Shown here piece after piece: positions 16,551-24,488 of a DNA stretch of 27,181 nucleotides. Origin of the DNA: Myxococcales bacterium. Its GTDB lineage: Bacteria; Myxococcota_A; Polyangia; Palsa-1104; JAEUJZ01. The notes beneath the pieces were generated by a model that saw only the letters and a program-made list of their open reading frames with translations, did not search any database and had not been told where the DNA came from. Made by a program: the position numbers and the translations under genes. Every line of letters starts with the position of its first letter. Positions within the stretch are counted from its first letter, which is position 1. Where the stretch lies: the NCBI GenBank assembly GCA_016794505.1, contig JAEUJZ010000076.1:192001-219181 (forward strand). Direction: 5' to 3'.

Positions 16551-18737
16551 TCAGGCGTCCGCTGCGACGAGCTGGTCGGTCGGCATGGGCAGGGGGGTGC
16601 TGGCGGACTGAAGAAGGGTCGTGCCGCTGTCTGGAAGCTGCAGCCAGATGAGCTGGCTTGTCGCTTGGGTGTTGAACACAGCGACGAGCTCGCGCTTGCC
16701 TTGGCCGCGGAAGTCGCCGACGGCGAAGTCGCTCAACGTCGCTCCGGGCAGGGATGCAAGCGAGAACGAAAACTGGCTTCCCCCCAGGGGCCGATCCGTG
16801 GCGCCCAGATACGCGCGTAGCTGCTGTGGCTCGCCAAGAATCAGATCCGTCAGGCCGTCGCCGTTGAGATCTGCGAGTCGAATCATGCGACTCGCCGGAG
16901 GCAAAAACCACGGCAGGAAGTTCGCGTCGGGCGTTACGAATGCGCTCTGAAAAGAACAGGGCTGCGTCTTCACGCCGAGTAGGAACCACAGCTTGCCATC
17001 GTCGCTGCGCGCCACAATGTCTGGAGCGCCATCGTTGTCGATGTCGCCGACTTCTAGCTGTCCGACGGGATCGGGCACCACAGCGAGCTGGCGCGTTCCG
17101 GGTTGGCCGCTCAGCGTGACCAGCTCGACGGCGCGGTTGGCGTTGGCTCCGATGATTTGTGTGGGCTGATCCGCGCACTGGATCGTGGTGGCCGTTACAA
17201 ACGGCATCGATACCGTCTGCGAGCTGGGGCAGCTAAACCCTTGGTTGCCATCGGGGCCGCAGCGCAGAACCAGGCTGGCGCCGCCGCTTCCAGCCACGGC
17301 AAAGTCGCTGCTGCCCGCCGCGGCAAACGAGCCCGAAAGCACGATGGCGTCGGGGTTGTTCGTGCCGTCCCGACGGAAATCAAACGGCAGGGTAAAGCTT
17401 GCGGTGGCGCCGCCCTGATTGCGGGCGATCGACAGCGTTGCGCCCTCGCTGCTGTCATTGAAGACGACGATGTCATCGCGCGAGCTGCCCACGGCAAAGT
17501 GCCCGGTCACCACGTGCTCGCCGATCAAGCTGCGGTTCGCGATGCGCGCGGGCGCGCTGGCCCAGCCGCCGCCGCCGGCATAGACCGAAAGAAAGCCATA
17601 GGCATGCAGCACCACCAAGTCGTCGAGCTGGTTGGCAACCGAGCCGCTAAGCAAGCGCCCGACCGCAATCTTTCCTTTGTTGGGCGGCCGGTAATCCAAG
17701 TCATACGTGGCAAGATTGATAACGTCTTTGTTTATGACGTTGCTCTCAACAGATTGAAAAATTTCAAGATCTTGCGGGCCGCTGACAACGACTGCGTCGT
17801 AATTGGTGGGATTCCTAAAATGACCGACTACAACGTCCGATGCTCTGTTGCTAACCACAAATGACATGATCGTGGGAAGATAATTTGCGGCAAATCGAAT
17901 CTTTCCTAAACGACCATCCGCGCCACTGCCAGAGGAATACGATATCAATATGTCTTGCGTATTCACCGTGGCATTTCTATATGCAGGAACCGCCATGGAA
18001 GTTGGAACATAACCAGAAAATTCGGCATCTGAGATGATCGATCTTGCGCGCTCATATCCCATTGGCATTTTATTTGCCAGTATATCAATTCCATTTGAAA
18101 TATAAGCAACAGCAATATCTTTTTTGTTATCGCCATTGAAATCACCAATGGCTATGCCGCGCGGTTCGGATACCAGCGCAGGGACAGCGGGGGCAGCTTG
18201 CTGATTGCCCATGATCAGATCGACGTAGGCGTTCGTACCAGAGAGCACCACGGCGACGTCGTCCTTGCCATCGTCGTCGATATCAGCGACAGCGGCCATC
18301 TCTGGATTTCGCCCAGGCTGACTGTAGTTACCAAAACTAATAACTGGAGAACCTGCCGATGGGTTCATAATTTTCGTATATCTCTTTTTTCCCATCACAA
18401 AAATGTCATCAAGACCATTGCCATCAAAATCTCCGCGATAGAGAAGTCCCTGTTCTGAAGTCATTATGTCGTTGATTTTTTCAATCGACAACAGAGCTGG
18501 CGCAATCAGCTCCACTGGACTATATGGCAGTGTTCCACCATCGCTACCACCATCAACCATATCGGCAATATCGGCCATGACGCAGCGATGCAATGACTCA
18601 TGACAACGCATCCCAGCCATGCACCTTCCATCATTCGGCTCACAGTAATCAGGATCTTGCTGACTGAGGCCACCGAATAAATGTTCACAAGCCACTGCCA
18701 GAAAACACGAAAACACGAATAACGTTCGATACCGCAT
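16551..18737 (-). CDS. Large secreted protein or lipoprotein with multiple FG-GAP (integrin-alpha-type beta-propeller) repeats and an N-terminal Cys-rich module
   Basis: The signal peptide is MRYRTLFVFSCFLAVAC. A Cys-rich stretch follows: CEPNDGRCMAGMRCHESLHRC. At least 6 Ca-binding FG-GAP motifs are present: GDFDGNGLDDIFV, ADIDDDGKDDVAVV, GDFNGDNKKDIAVA, GDIDNDGAPDIVA, ADLNGDGLTDLIL and GDFRGQGKRELVAV. AGGAGG lies 5 nt upstream of the ATG. The 5' third of the gene has visibly lower GC. Confidence 0.85.
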   Translation of the reverse strand: MRYRTLFVFSCFLAVACEHLFGGLSQQDPDYCEPNDGRCMAGMRCHESLHRCVMADIADMVDGGSDGGTLPYSPVELIAPALLSIEKINDIMTSEQGLLYRGDFDGNGLDDIFVMGKKRYTKIMNPSAGSPVISFGNYSQPGRNPEMAAVADIDDDGKDDVAVVLSGTNAYVDLIMGNQQAAPAVPALVSEPRGIAIGDFNGDNKKDIAVAYISNGIDILANKMPMGYERARSIISDAEFSGYVPTSMAVPAYRNATVNTQDILISYSSGSGADGRLGKIRFAANYLPTIMSFVVSNRASDVVVGHFRNPTNYDAVVVSGPQDLEIFQSVESNVINKDVINLATYDLDYRPPNKGKIAVGRLLSGSVANQLDDLVVLHAYGFLSVYAGGGGWASAPARIANRSLIGEHVVTGHFAVGSSRDDIVVFNDSSEGATLSIARNQGGATASFTLPFDFRRDGTNNPDAIVLSGSFAAAGSSDFAVAGSGGASLVLRCGPDGNQGFSCPSSQTVSMPFVTATTIQCADQPTQIIGANANRAVELVTLSGQPGTRQLAVVPDPVGQLEVGDIDNDGAPDIVARSDDGKLWFLLGVKTQPCSFQSAFVTPDANFLPWFLPPASRMIRLADLNGDGLTDLILGEPQQLRAYLGATDRPLGGSQFSFSLASLPGATLSDFAVGDFRGQGKRELVAVFNTQATSQLIWLQLPDSGTTLLQSASTPLPMPTDQLVAADA

Positions 18738-18762
18738 AACTCCTCCTACTGCATACGTGTTC

Positions 18763-20400
18763 TTATTTCATCGGGCCAGGAATGCCAACAAGGACACCGC
18801 CAGCGATCGCCACCCCCAGCCCGACGCTCAGCGTGATGGCACCGGGGATCGTGGTGACATAGCGGCGCTCGCAGGTGCCACCATCCACCAGCGGTGGCTG
18901 AACACACTGGTCGTGAATGCTGAGCATGGCGACGCCAAAGCCGGCGGTCACAAGCCCGCCAAGCATCGCCACGCTGCCCAGTGCCAGACGCCACGTCGGG
19001 CGCGGCTGCTGACGCGGCAGAAGCGGCGGCGGGGGCGGCGGGATCAAGGCGGCGGGGGCTGGCTCTGCTTCCAAGAGGCGAATGTCGAGCGTGCGCTTTT
19101 CGCCCGCGCGCAGAGTCAAGCGCTGTTCGTCAGAGGCATAGCCGGGCTTGTTCACCACGATGTGATGCTCGCCGGCAAACACCGCCTTGCCATAGCGACA
19201 CACGGGAAGCGCGGTTCCGTCGAGCACCAGCGCGGCATCGGCAGGCTCGCAGGTGATGGCAAGCTCGGCGCGCGGGCGACCGCTGCCCTGCTCATAGACG
19301 CGGCTCACCATGGCAAGCAGGCTGGCCCCTGCCTGTTCGGCGACAAGGCCGGCCGTGCGCAGCTCCTCCATCGCGGCGGCTTGTTCCACGACGGTGTCGA
19401 TAAGTTGGACGCGCATGTGCAGGGTCTCTTTTTCGATCTCGCCCCGCACGTGCAAGATCGCTTCGGCTTCGACCTGCTTGGCTAGCTCGATCTGGCAGGC
19501 TGTTTCTTGCAGACAGTCCCCCAGCTTGTGACTTGTCGACGGCAGCAACGAGACGGCCAGCTCACTTCCCAGCGGAGACACGCGTCGCGACAGCAAGGCC
19601 TTTTCGATCGACTGCCGCAGCCGCGCTTGCAGCTCAGGGGACAGGCCGGAAAAGTCCGAGACCACCAGCACACCCGGCAGCGTGCTTTGAAGCAGCGTGC
19701 GGCTCGACACATCGCTGCGCAGCTCGCCGAGACGACCGGCGGGGATCTGCACCGTGTCTTCGATGCGCTTCTGATGAAGCTCCAGCACGATCGAGTGCTC
19801 ACGCGGGCTCACAAGCAGCGGCAGCGCCAGCGGCAGCACCCCCACAAGACGGCCGTCGACATAGACCCGCGTGCCTCGCTCGCCCAGGATGTTGAGGGTT
19901 CCGGCGAGCGGGCGCCGCTGGCTTAGGACCTGCTCGGCCTCTTTGATCTCGGGCGACACCCCGCCTGGGCTTGTGCCGGTGCGGGCCTGCGCTTCGCTCT
20001 CGTTCTCTAGATCGGGGTCGGCCAGATAGCGACGCATCAAGTCGTGGGCGTCGAGCTCACGCTGTTCGGCCAGCGCCAAGCGTCCCAGATCATGCAGCCC
20101 CTGCGGACTGGGCGCCGCCGCATACGCCGCGCTCAACAGACGAGCCGCATCGGCAAACCGCGCGGCCTGCAGCGCCACAAGCCCCTCACTGCGCAGGCGA
20201 CTGGCGTCATCCTTTTGGGCCGAAGACGCGCTGGCCCGGCTGCTGTGCGTTTTGCTTCGGCTCTGCGCCGCGCTCGGCACAAGACCGCTCAGCAGCAGAA
20301 CCAAACACAGCCAGCCTCGGGAACGTGTCCTTCGTCGCGGCTGCGATTGCGCCACCAGCTTTACCGCTCTCTGGTCGGCGCGCTGGGCCCCCCTGCGCAC
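18763..20400 (-). CDS. PEGA-domain membrane protein (signal peptide, helical/TPR-like region, two PEGA-like beta-sandwich domains, poly-Pro linker, C-terminal TM helices)
   Basis: Read from the translation: a leader WLCLVLLLSGLVPSAAQ; PEGA-like GTRVYVDGRLVGVLPL...SPREHSIVLEL; a second PEGA-like region CEPADAALVLDGTALPVCRYGKAVFAGEHHIVVNKPGYASDEQRLTLRAGEKRTLDIRL; a PPPPPPLLP linker; and two hydrophobic C-terminal segments. The stop lies 25 nt upstream of the FG-GAP gene start, so the two genes are probably co-transcribed. Confidence 0.8.
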   Translation of the reverse strand: MRRGAQRADQRAVKLVAQSQPRRRTRSRGWLCLVLLLSGLVPSAAQSRSKTHSSRASASSAQKDDASRLRSEGLVALQAARFADAARLLSAAYAAAPSPQGLHDLGRLALAEQRELDAHDLMRRYLADPDLENESEAQARTGTSPGGVSPEIKEAEQVLSQRRPLAGTLNILGERGTRVYVDGRLVGVLPLALPLLVSPREHSIVLELHQKRIEDTVQIPAGRLGELRSDVSSRTLLQSTLPGVLVVSDFSGLSPELQARLRQSIEKALLSRRVSPLGSELAVSLLPSTSHKLGDCLQETACQIELAKQVEAEAILHVRGEIEKETLHMRVQLIDTVVEQAAAMEELRTAGLVAEQAGASLLAMVSRVYEQGSGRPRAELAITCEPADAALVLDGTALPVCRYGKAVFAGEHHIVVNKPGYASDEQRLTLRAGEKRTLDIRLLEAEPAPAALIPPPPPPLLPRQQPRPTWRLALGSVAMLGGLVTAGFGVAMLSIHDQCVQPPLVDGGTCERRYVTTIPGAITLSVGLGVAIAGGVLVGIPGPMK

Positions 20401-20518
20401 GCGCCCATGATAGCAGCGCCCTCAGACGACGTGTCGAACCAATTGCGCGCGGGTTCTGCGCCGCTTGCAGCAAAGTGAGCCAGCCGGAGCTAGGGATGTT
20501 TTTATATAGTGATCTCTC

Positions 20519-22840
20519 GTGGACAGAGCTGTCTTGCCCACACCAAAGCGGGTCGTATGCTTGGCCGCGCTGTGTCTTTGGCTCGTGGCCATGGGTCACG
20601 CGCACAGCCACACAAAGGCGGAATCTGCAGCCGGACCGCCTCTGCGGGCCCAGCAAATCGTGCGCTATGCCGGCGCCTGGGAATATCGCTTTGGCGACTC
20701 GCCCCGCGATGCAGCCGGCGAGCTTCTGTGGACTCGACGAGCGACGTCGGCTGCGTCCGAGTGGCGCCCCATTGCCCTGCCGAACAGCCCACCGGGACAT
20801 GGCGATCATCGCTTCTTGTGGCTGCGCAGTCAGCTTGTCGGCCCGCCCATCGCAGATCCGGCCTCGCGGCCGGCGCTGTTCCTTTTGGTCGTCGACCAGA
20901 TCTTTGAAGCCTATGTCGATGGCAAGCTGGTCTATCGCTTCGGTGTTCTCGACGGCGATGGACCGCACGTTCGACAGTTTCTCGGCTACAAACCGCACTA
21001 CATTCCGCTTGATCCGGCGTACCAGGGCAAGACGCTGGCCCTGCGCATCTATTCCGACCACATCAACATCGGCGTGGTCGGAGAGCCCTATCTGGGCAGC
21101 CAGCTGGCCTTAACCAAGGCCACCGTCGTGCGCGGGCAGAGCAAGTTCATCACAGGCGCCATCCTGATCGTCGTCGGGCTCGCGGCGCTGGGGCTGTGGC
21201 TCGTGCAGCGCGAGGCGCAGACGCTGCACTACGCCGGCTTTGCCATCACCGTCGGCATCTGGAGCCTCTGCCAGTCGCAGAGCCGCATCCTATTTCTCGA
21301 CAACGCCCTTTTCTGGGTCCACATCGAGATGTGGGCGCTGTATCTGATTCCCGGTTTCTTGGTGGGCTATCTGATGAGCTTCCTCGGGCCGGGACCCTTT
21401 CAGCTCAACCTGCGCTTGATGCAGCTGTTTTTTCTGTACGCCATCGGGGCCGCGCTGCTGGTGTTTCTCGGCGGTGTGCCACTGATGGCCACCTGGCTGC
21501 CAGCCGTGCTGCTCATGATGTCGATGGCGATCTACATCACCGGCATGACCGTGCTCGCCATCTTGCAGGGCCACGTCGAAGCGCGGATCTATTTCGCGGG
21601 TCAGTGCGTCGCCGTGCTGTTCTTTCTGTACGACACCCTGGCGTCGATGGGCATCTTGCCGCGCCACGACACGACGACCAGCCACATCGGCATCGGGGCG
21701 TTTGTCGTGTCGATGGGTGTCTTGGCCGCGCGCCGCTTCATCTTGTTGCAGCGCGAGCACCGCGTCACGGCCAGCGAGCTGCAAAAGAGAGTGCAAGAGG
21801 CGCAGCAGAAAAGCAGCGAGCTGCGCATGCTCAACGACGAGCTCATGCGCCAGATCGATCAGCGCTCGCGCCGCTTGCTCGATGCGCTGCTGGCTCGCAT
21901 CGACGAAGACAGCGGCGACCCCACGGCCGGCATTCAGCCGCTTGCCGCGGGCAGCTTGCTCAATGAAGCCTATCGCGTCGTGCGTCCCATCGGTGCCGGT
22001 GGCTTCGGTTCCGTCTATGAAGTCGAGCGCATCGCTGACGGGCAGCACCTGGCCGCCAAGCTCATCGCGGGCTCGGCCAACCGCGGCGCTCTTCTGCGCT
22101 TTGGACGCGAAGCCCAGCTCTTATCGCGCCTGCATCACCCCAACCTGGTCAGCATCTTCGACGTCGATGTCACCGCCGATTCCCGCCTGTTCATCATCAT
22201 GGAGCTCGTGCAAGGCGTCACCCTGCGCGACGTACGCCAGCGCTATGGTGACCCCCGCTGGGCCCTACCCATCCTGCAGCAGATCGCCGCCAGCCTCGCC
22301 GCCGTCCACGAGCGCGGCATCGTGCATCGCGACTTGAAACCCGCGAACATTCTCTTGACGGCGTCCGCGGTCGACGAGCCGCCGCGCGTCAAGCTGGTCG
22401 ACTTTGGCATCTCGGTCCTGGCCCGCGAAGATGGACGGCCCGAGCCCACGCCGACGCCGTCCAAGCGCAGCGAGGCCACGAGCTTGCTGCCCGATGCCAC
22501 CAGCACAGGCGTCTTGGTCGGCACGCCCGCTTATATGGCGCCCGAGCTCTGGGTTGGCTCGCGCTTGGCGCAGGTCTCGTCCGACATCTTCAGCTTTGGC
22601 GTCATCGCCTATGAGCTCCTGACGCGCAAGATGCCGTACGAGAGCCCCGCCGTGCGTTCCATGCTGCGCAGCGAGCGCCTGCCCATTCCCGCCGAGCTTC
22701 GCACCTGCGCCGAGCTCGATCCCGCGCTCACCCAGCTCTTCGAGCGCTGCTTGGGACTCGAACCCAGCGAGCGCCCCACCGCCGCCGAGCTGGCCCACGC
22801 TCTCTCGCAGGCTCTGTCCGCCCCGCCGCCTGCGGCCTAG
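20519..22840 (+). CDS. 7TMR-DISM-type receptor (extracellular 7TMR-DISMED2-like domain plus 7 TM helices) fused to a C-terminal Ser/Thr protein kinase
   Basis: The N-terminal extracellular region is ~190 aa (LWLRSQLVG...LFLLVVDQIFEAYVDGKLVYRFG...RIYSDHINIGVVGEPYLGSQ). Seven hydrophobic helices follow, spanning ~200 aa, then a coiled-coil (ELQKRVQEAQQKSSELRMLNDELMRQ). The Hanks kinase motifs are IGAGGFGSVY, AAK, HRDLKPANILL, DFG and GTPAYMAPE. The start is GTG at 20519, with TTG at 20534 as an alternative. Confidence 0.88.
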   Translation: MDRAVLPTPKRVVCLAALCLWLVAMGHAHSHTKAESAAGPPLRAQQIVRYAGAWEYRFGDSPRDAAGELLWTRRATSAASEWRPIALPNSPPGHGDHRFLWLRSQLVGPPIADPASRPALFLLVVDQIFEAYVDGKLVYRFGVLDGDGPHVRQFLGYKPHYIPLDPAYQGKTLALRIYSDHINIGVVGEPYLGSQLALTKATVVRGQSKFITGAILIVVGLAALGLWLVQREAQTLHYAGFAITVGIWSLCQSQSRILFLDNALFWVHIEMWALYLIPGFLVGYLMSFLGPGPFQLNLRLMQLFFLYAIGAALLVFLGGVPLMATWLPAVLLMMSMAIYITGMTVLAILQGHVEARIYFAGQCVAVLFFLYDTLASMGILPRHDTTTSHIGIGAFVVSMGVLAARRFILLQREHRVTASELQKRVQEAQQKSSELRMLNDELMRQIDQRSRRLLDALLARIDEDSGDPTAGIQPLAAGSLLNEAYRVVRPIGAGGFGSVYEVERIADGQHLAAKLIAGSANRGALLRFGREAQLLSRLHHPNLVSIFDVDVTADSRLFIIMELVQGVTLRDVRQRYGDPRWALPILQQIAASLAAVHERGIVHRDLKPANILLTASAVDEPPRVKLVDFGISVLAREDGRPEPTPTPSKRSEATSLLPDATSTGVLVGTPAYMAPELWVGSRLAQVSSDIFSFGVIAYELLTRKMPYESPAVRSMLRSERLPIPAELRTCAELDPALTQLFERCLGLEPSERPTAAELAHALSQALSAPPPAA

Positions 22841-22888
22841 GTTCCTGCGATCCCCCCTGTCCAGCGCCCTGCCCCTTCGGCCGCGGTC

Positions 22889-24310
22889 TTAGGCTCGCGC
22901 GCTGCGTCCGCGAAACGTCGTCGGGTCGATGCCGTATTGATCGAGCCAGCGGCGGAACTGACGGCGCGAATAGCCCGATGCCGCTTCGATGTGGGTCAGG
23001 TTGCCGCGATGCGCGACCAGAAGCGCGACCAGCTGATCTTTTTCCGGGATCGGATCGCCGTGCTGCCAGCTTCGCGGGCGCGGCGCAGCCGAGCGCGGCG
23101 GCGTGCTCACAGCGGGTGCCGGCGACAGCGCAACGGCCACCCCGCGTGCGAGCGCTGGCGTCAGCGCCTGCAGGACTTCTTCCTGTACATCCACCGCATC
23201 CGCACCGGCATCGGCCAGCCGCCGCACCACATGACCTAGCTCGCGGATGTTGCGCGGAAAGTCATAGCGCAGAAGCGCCGCCACCAGCTTCGGCGACAGC
23301 ACCAGCGCGCCCCCGACATACTTCGCGGCCAAAAGCAGGATGTCTTCGCGCCGCTCGCGCAGCGGAGGCAGCGAAATCGTCTCCGCCGCCAGGCGCGCAT
23401 ACAAGTCCTCGCGAAACTGGCCCTCGTGCAGTGCCGCCGACAGGTCGCGGTTGGTCGCCGCGACGATGCGCACCGAGCGCCGGATCGGTCGCTGGCTGCC
23501 GACCGCAAACACCTCGCCGGTTTCCAGCACCCGCAAGAGCTTGGGCTGTAGCTCGCGCGGCAGATCCCCGACTTCATCGAGAAACAGCGTGCCGCCCTCG
23601 GCCTCGCCAAACAGCCCGACGTGCGGCACCGCCCCCGTAAAGGCCCCGCGCGCAACGCCAAACAGCGTCGCTTCCGCCAGCGAAGCCGGGATCGCCGCGC
23701 AGTTCACCGCCACAAGCGGCCCCGTGCGTCCGCTCGCGCTGTGGATCGCCTGCGCCGTCACGTCCTTGCCGGTCCCCGACTCGCCCGTGATCAAGACCGA
23801 GCGCTCGCGTCCCGCCACCCGCGCGATCGCCGCGCGCAGCCGACAGGCCGCCTGCGACACGCCGATCAGCGTCGGAATCTCGGCATCGGCAAGCGCCACC
23901 GGCTCGCGCCGAACGATCAGAAACGAATCGCCGAGCCGCAGCACATCGCCGTCCACCACCGCCTGCGCCTGCCCGTTCGCCAGGCGCGCTCCGTTCAGAA
24001 ACGAGCCATTGCGGCTGCCCAGATCCTCGACGAGGACCTCGGCGCCCTGTCTGTACAGCCGGGCGTGCTCGCGCGATACCCGCTCGTCTTCGATCGAAAG
24101 CCAGCTCTCGTCCGGCTCGCCGCGACGCCGCCCCAGGCCCAGCGCCCGGCTCGGCTGCCACGTCTGCGCCGCCCCATCGCTGATGCCGCGCCCCCCAACA
24201 TAGACCACGCGCAGCCGCAAGGCCTCGCCAGCCGTCCGCCCTCGTCCCTCGGAGCGCGAGCCATCCCCCGTCGGACCACTCGTCTCTAGCTCGGCAAGCT
24301 CTGGCCCCAT
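22889..24310 (-). CDS. Sigma-54-dependent transcriptional activator (enhancer-binding protein) with an N-terminal FHA domain and a C-terminal Fis-type HTH
   Basis: The FHA-like N-terminus reads LGRRRGEPDESWLSIEDERVSREHARLYRQGAEVLVEDLGSRNGSFLNG. The AAA+ sigma-54 interaction domain carries GESGTGKDV (Walker A), the GAFTGA loop and FLDEVGDL (Walker B). The C-terminal HTH reads VALLVAHRGNLTHIEAASGYSRRQFRRWL. I chose the ATG at 24310; the ORF track uses GTG at 24340. Confidence 0.9.
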   Translation of the reverse strand: MGPELAELETSGPTGDGSRSEGRGRTAGEALRLRVVYVGGRGISDGAAQTWQPSRALGLGRRRGEPDESWLSIEDERVSREHARLYRQGAEVLVEDLGSRNGSFLNGARLANGQAQAVVDGDVLRLGDSFLIVRREPVALADAEIPTLIGVSQAACRLRAAIARVAGRERSVLITGESGTGKDVTAQAIHSASGRTGPLVAVNCAAIPASLAEATLFGVARGAFTGAVPHVGLFGEAEGGTLFLDEVGDLPRELQPKLLRVLETGEVFAVGSQRPIRRSVRIVAATNRDLSAALHEGQFREDLYARLAAETISLPPLRERREDILLLAAKYVGGALVLSPKLVAALLRYDFPRNIRELGHVVRRLADAGADAVDVQEEVLQALTPALARGVAVALSPAPAVSTPPRSAAPRPRSWQHGDPIPEKDQLVALLVAHRGNLTHIEAASGYSRRQFRRWLDQYGIDPTTFRGRSARA

Positions 24311-24410
24311 CGAGCCACTGGATGTCCCTTTTCGCACCACCCTTGCATGCTACGGACACCGCCGAAAAAAAGACAAGCGCCCCGCCCATCCTCGCCGTCC
24401 TCTGGGGCGA

Positions 24411-24434
24411 CTTCTCGGCTTGCTTCTCGGCTTG
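24411..24434. repeat. 12-bp perfect tandem duplication (cttctcggcttg x2) in the EBP/hypothetical-gene divergent intergenic region
   Basis: Seen directly in the sequence. It lies 55 nt upstream of the ATG at 24489. Confidence 0.8.
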
Positions 24435-24488
24435 CCTGGGATCGGATGACTGCGTACGCTGCCGCCACATTTCCCCAAGGAGGGTCCG

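Noticed and set aside
16294-17178. 294-aa minus-strand ORF and other Arg-rich ORFs (e.g. 20207..21061, 21290..22048, 23574..24758, 22265..22798) overlapping real genes
   Set aside because: Their compositions are Arg/Gly/Ala-rich and low-complexity, and they lie antisense or out of frame to strongly supported genes (FG-GAP, 7TMR-DISM kinase, EBP). They are GC-bias artefacts.
20401-20518. Sigma-54 promoter for the PEGA/FG-GAP operon (minus-strand TGGCTCACTTTGCTGCA)
   Set aside because: The GG-to-GC spacing is off by one nucleotide from the strict -24/-12 geometry, so it is probably fortuitous.
24330-24350. Sigma-54 promoter call (tttCGCACcacccTTGCA)
   Set aside because: The spacing is right, but the invariant -24 GG dinucleotide is absent. 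It is kept only as a weak candidate in the findings, not as a feature.
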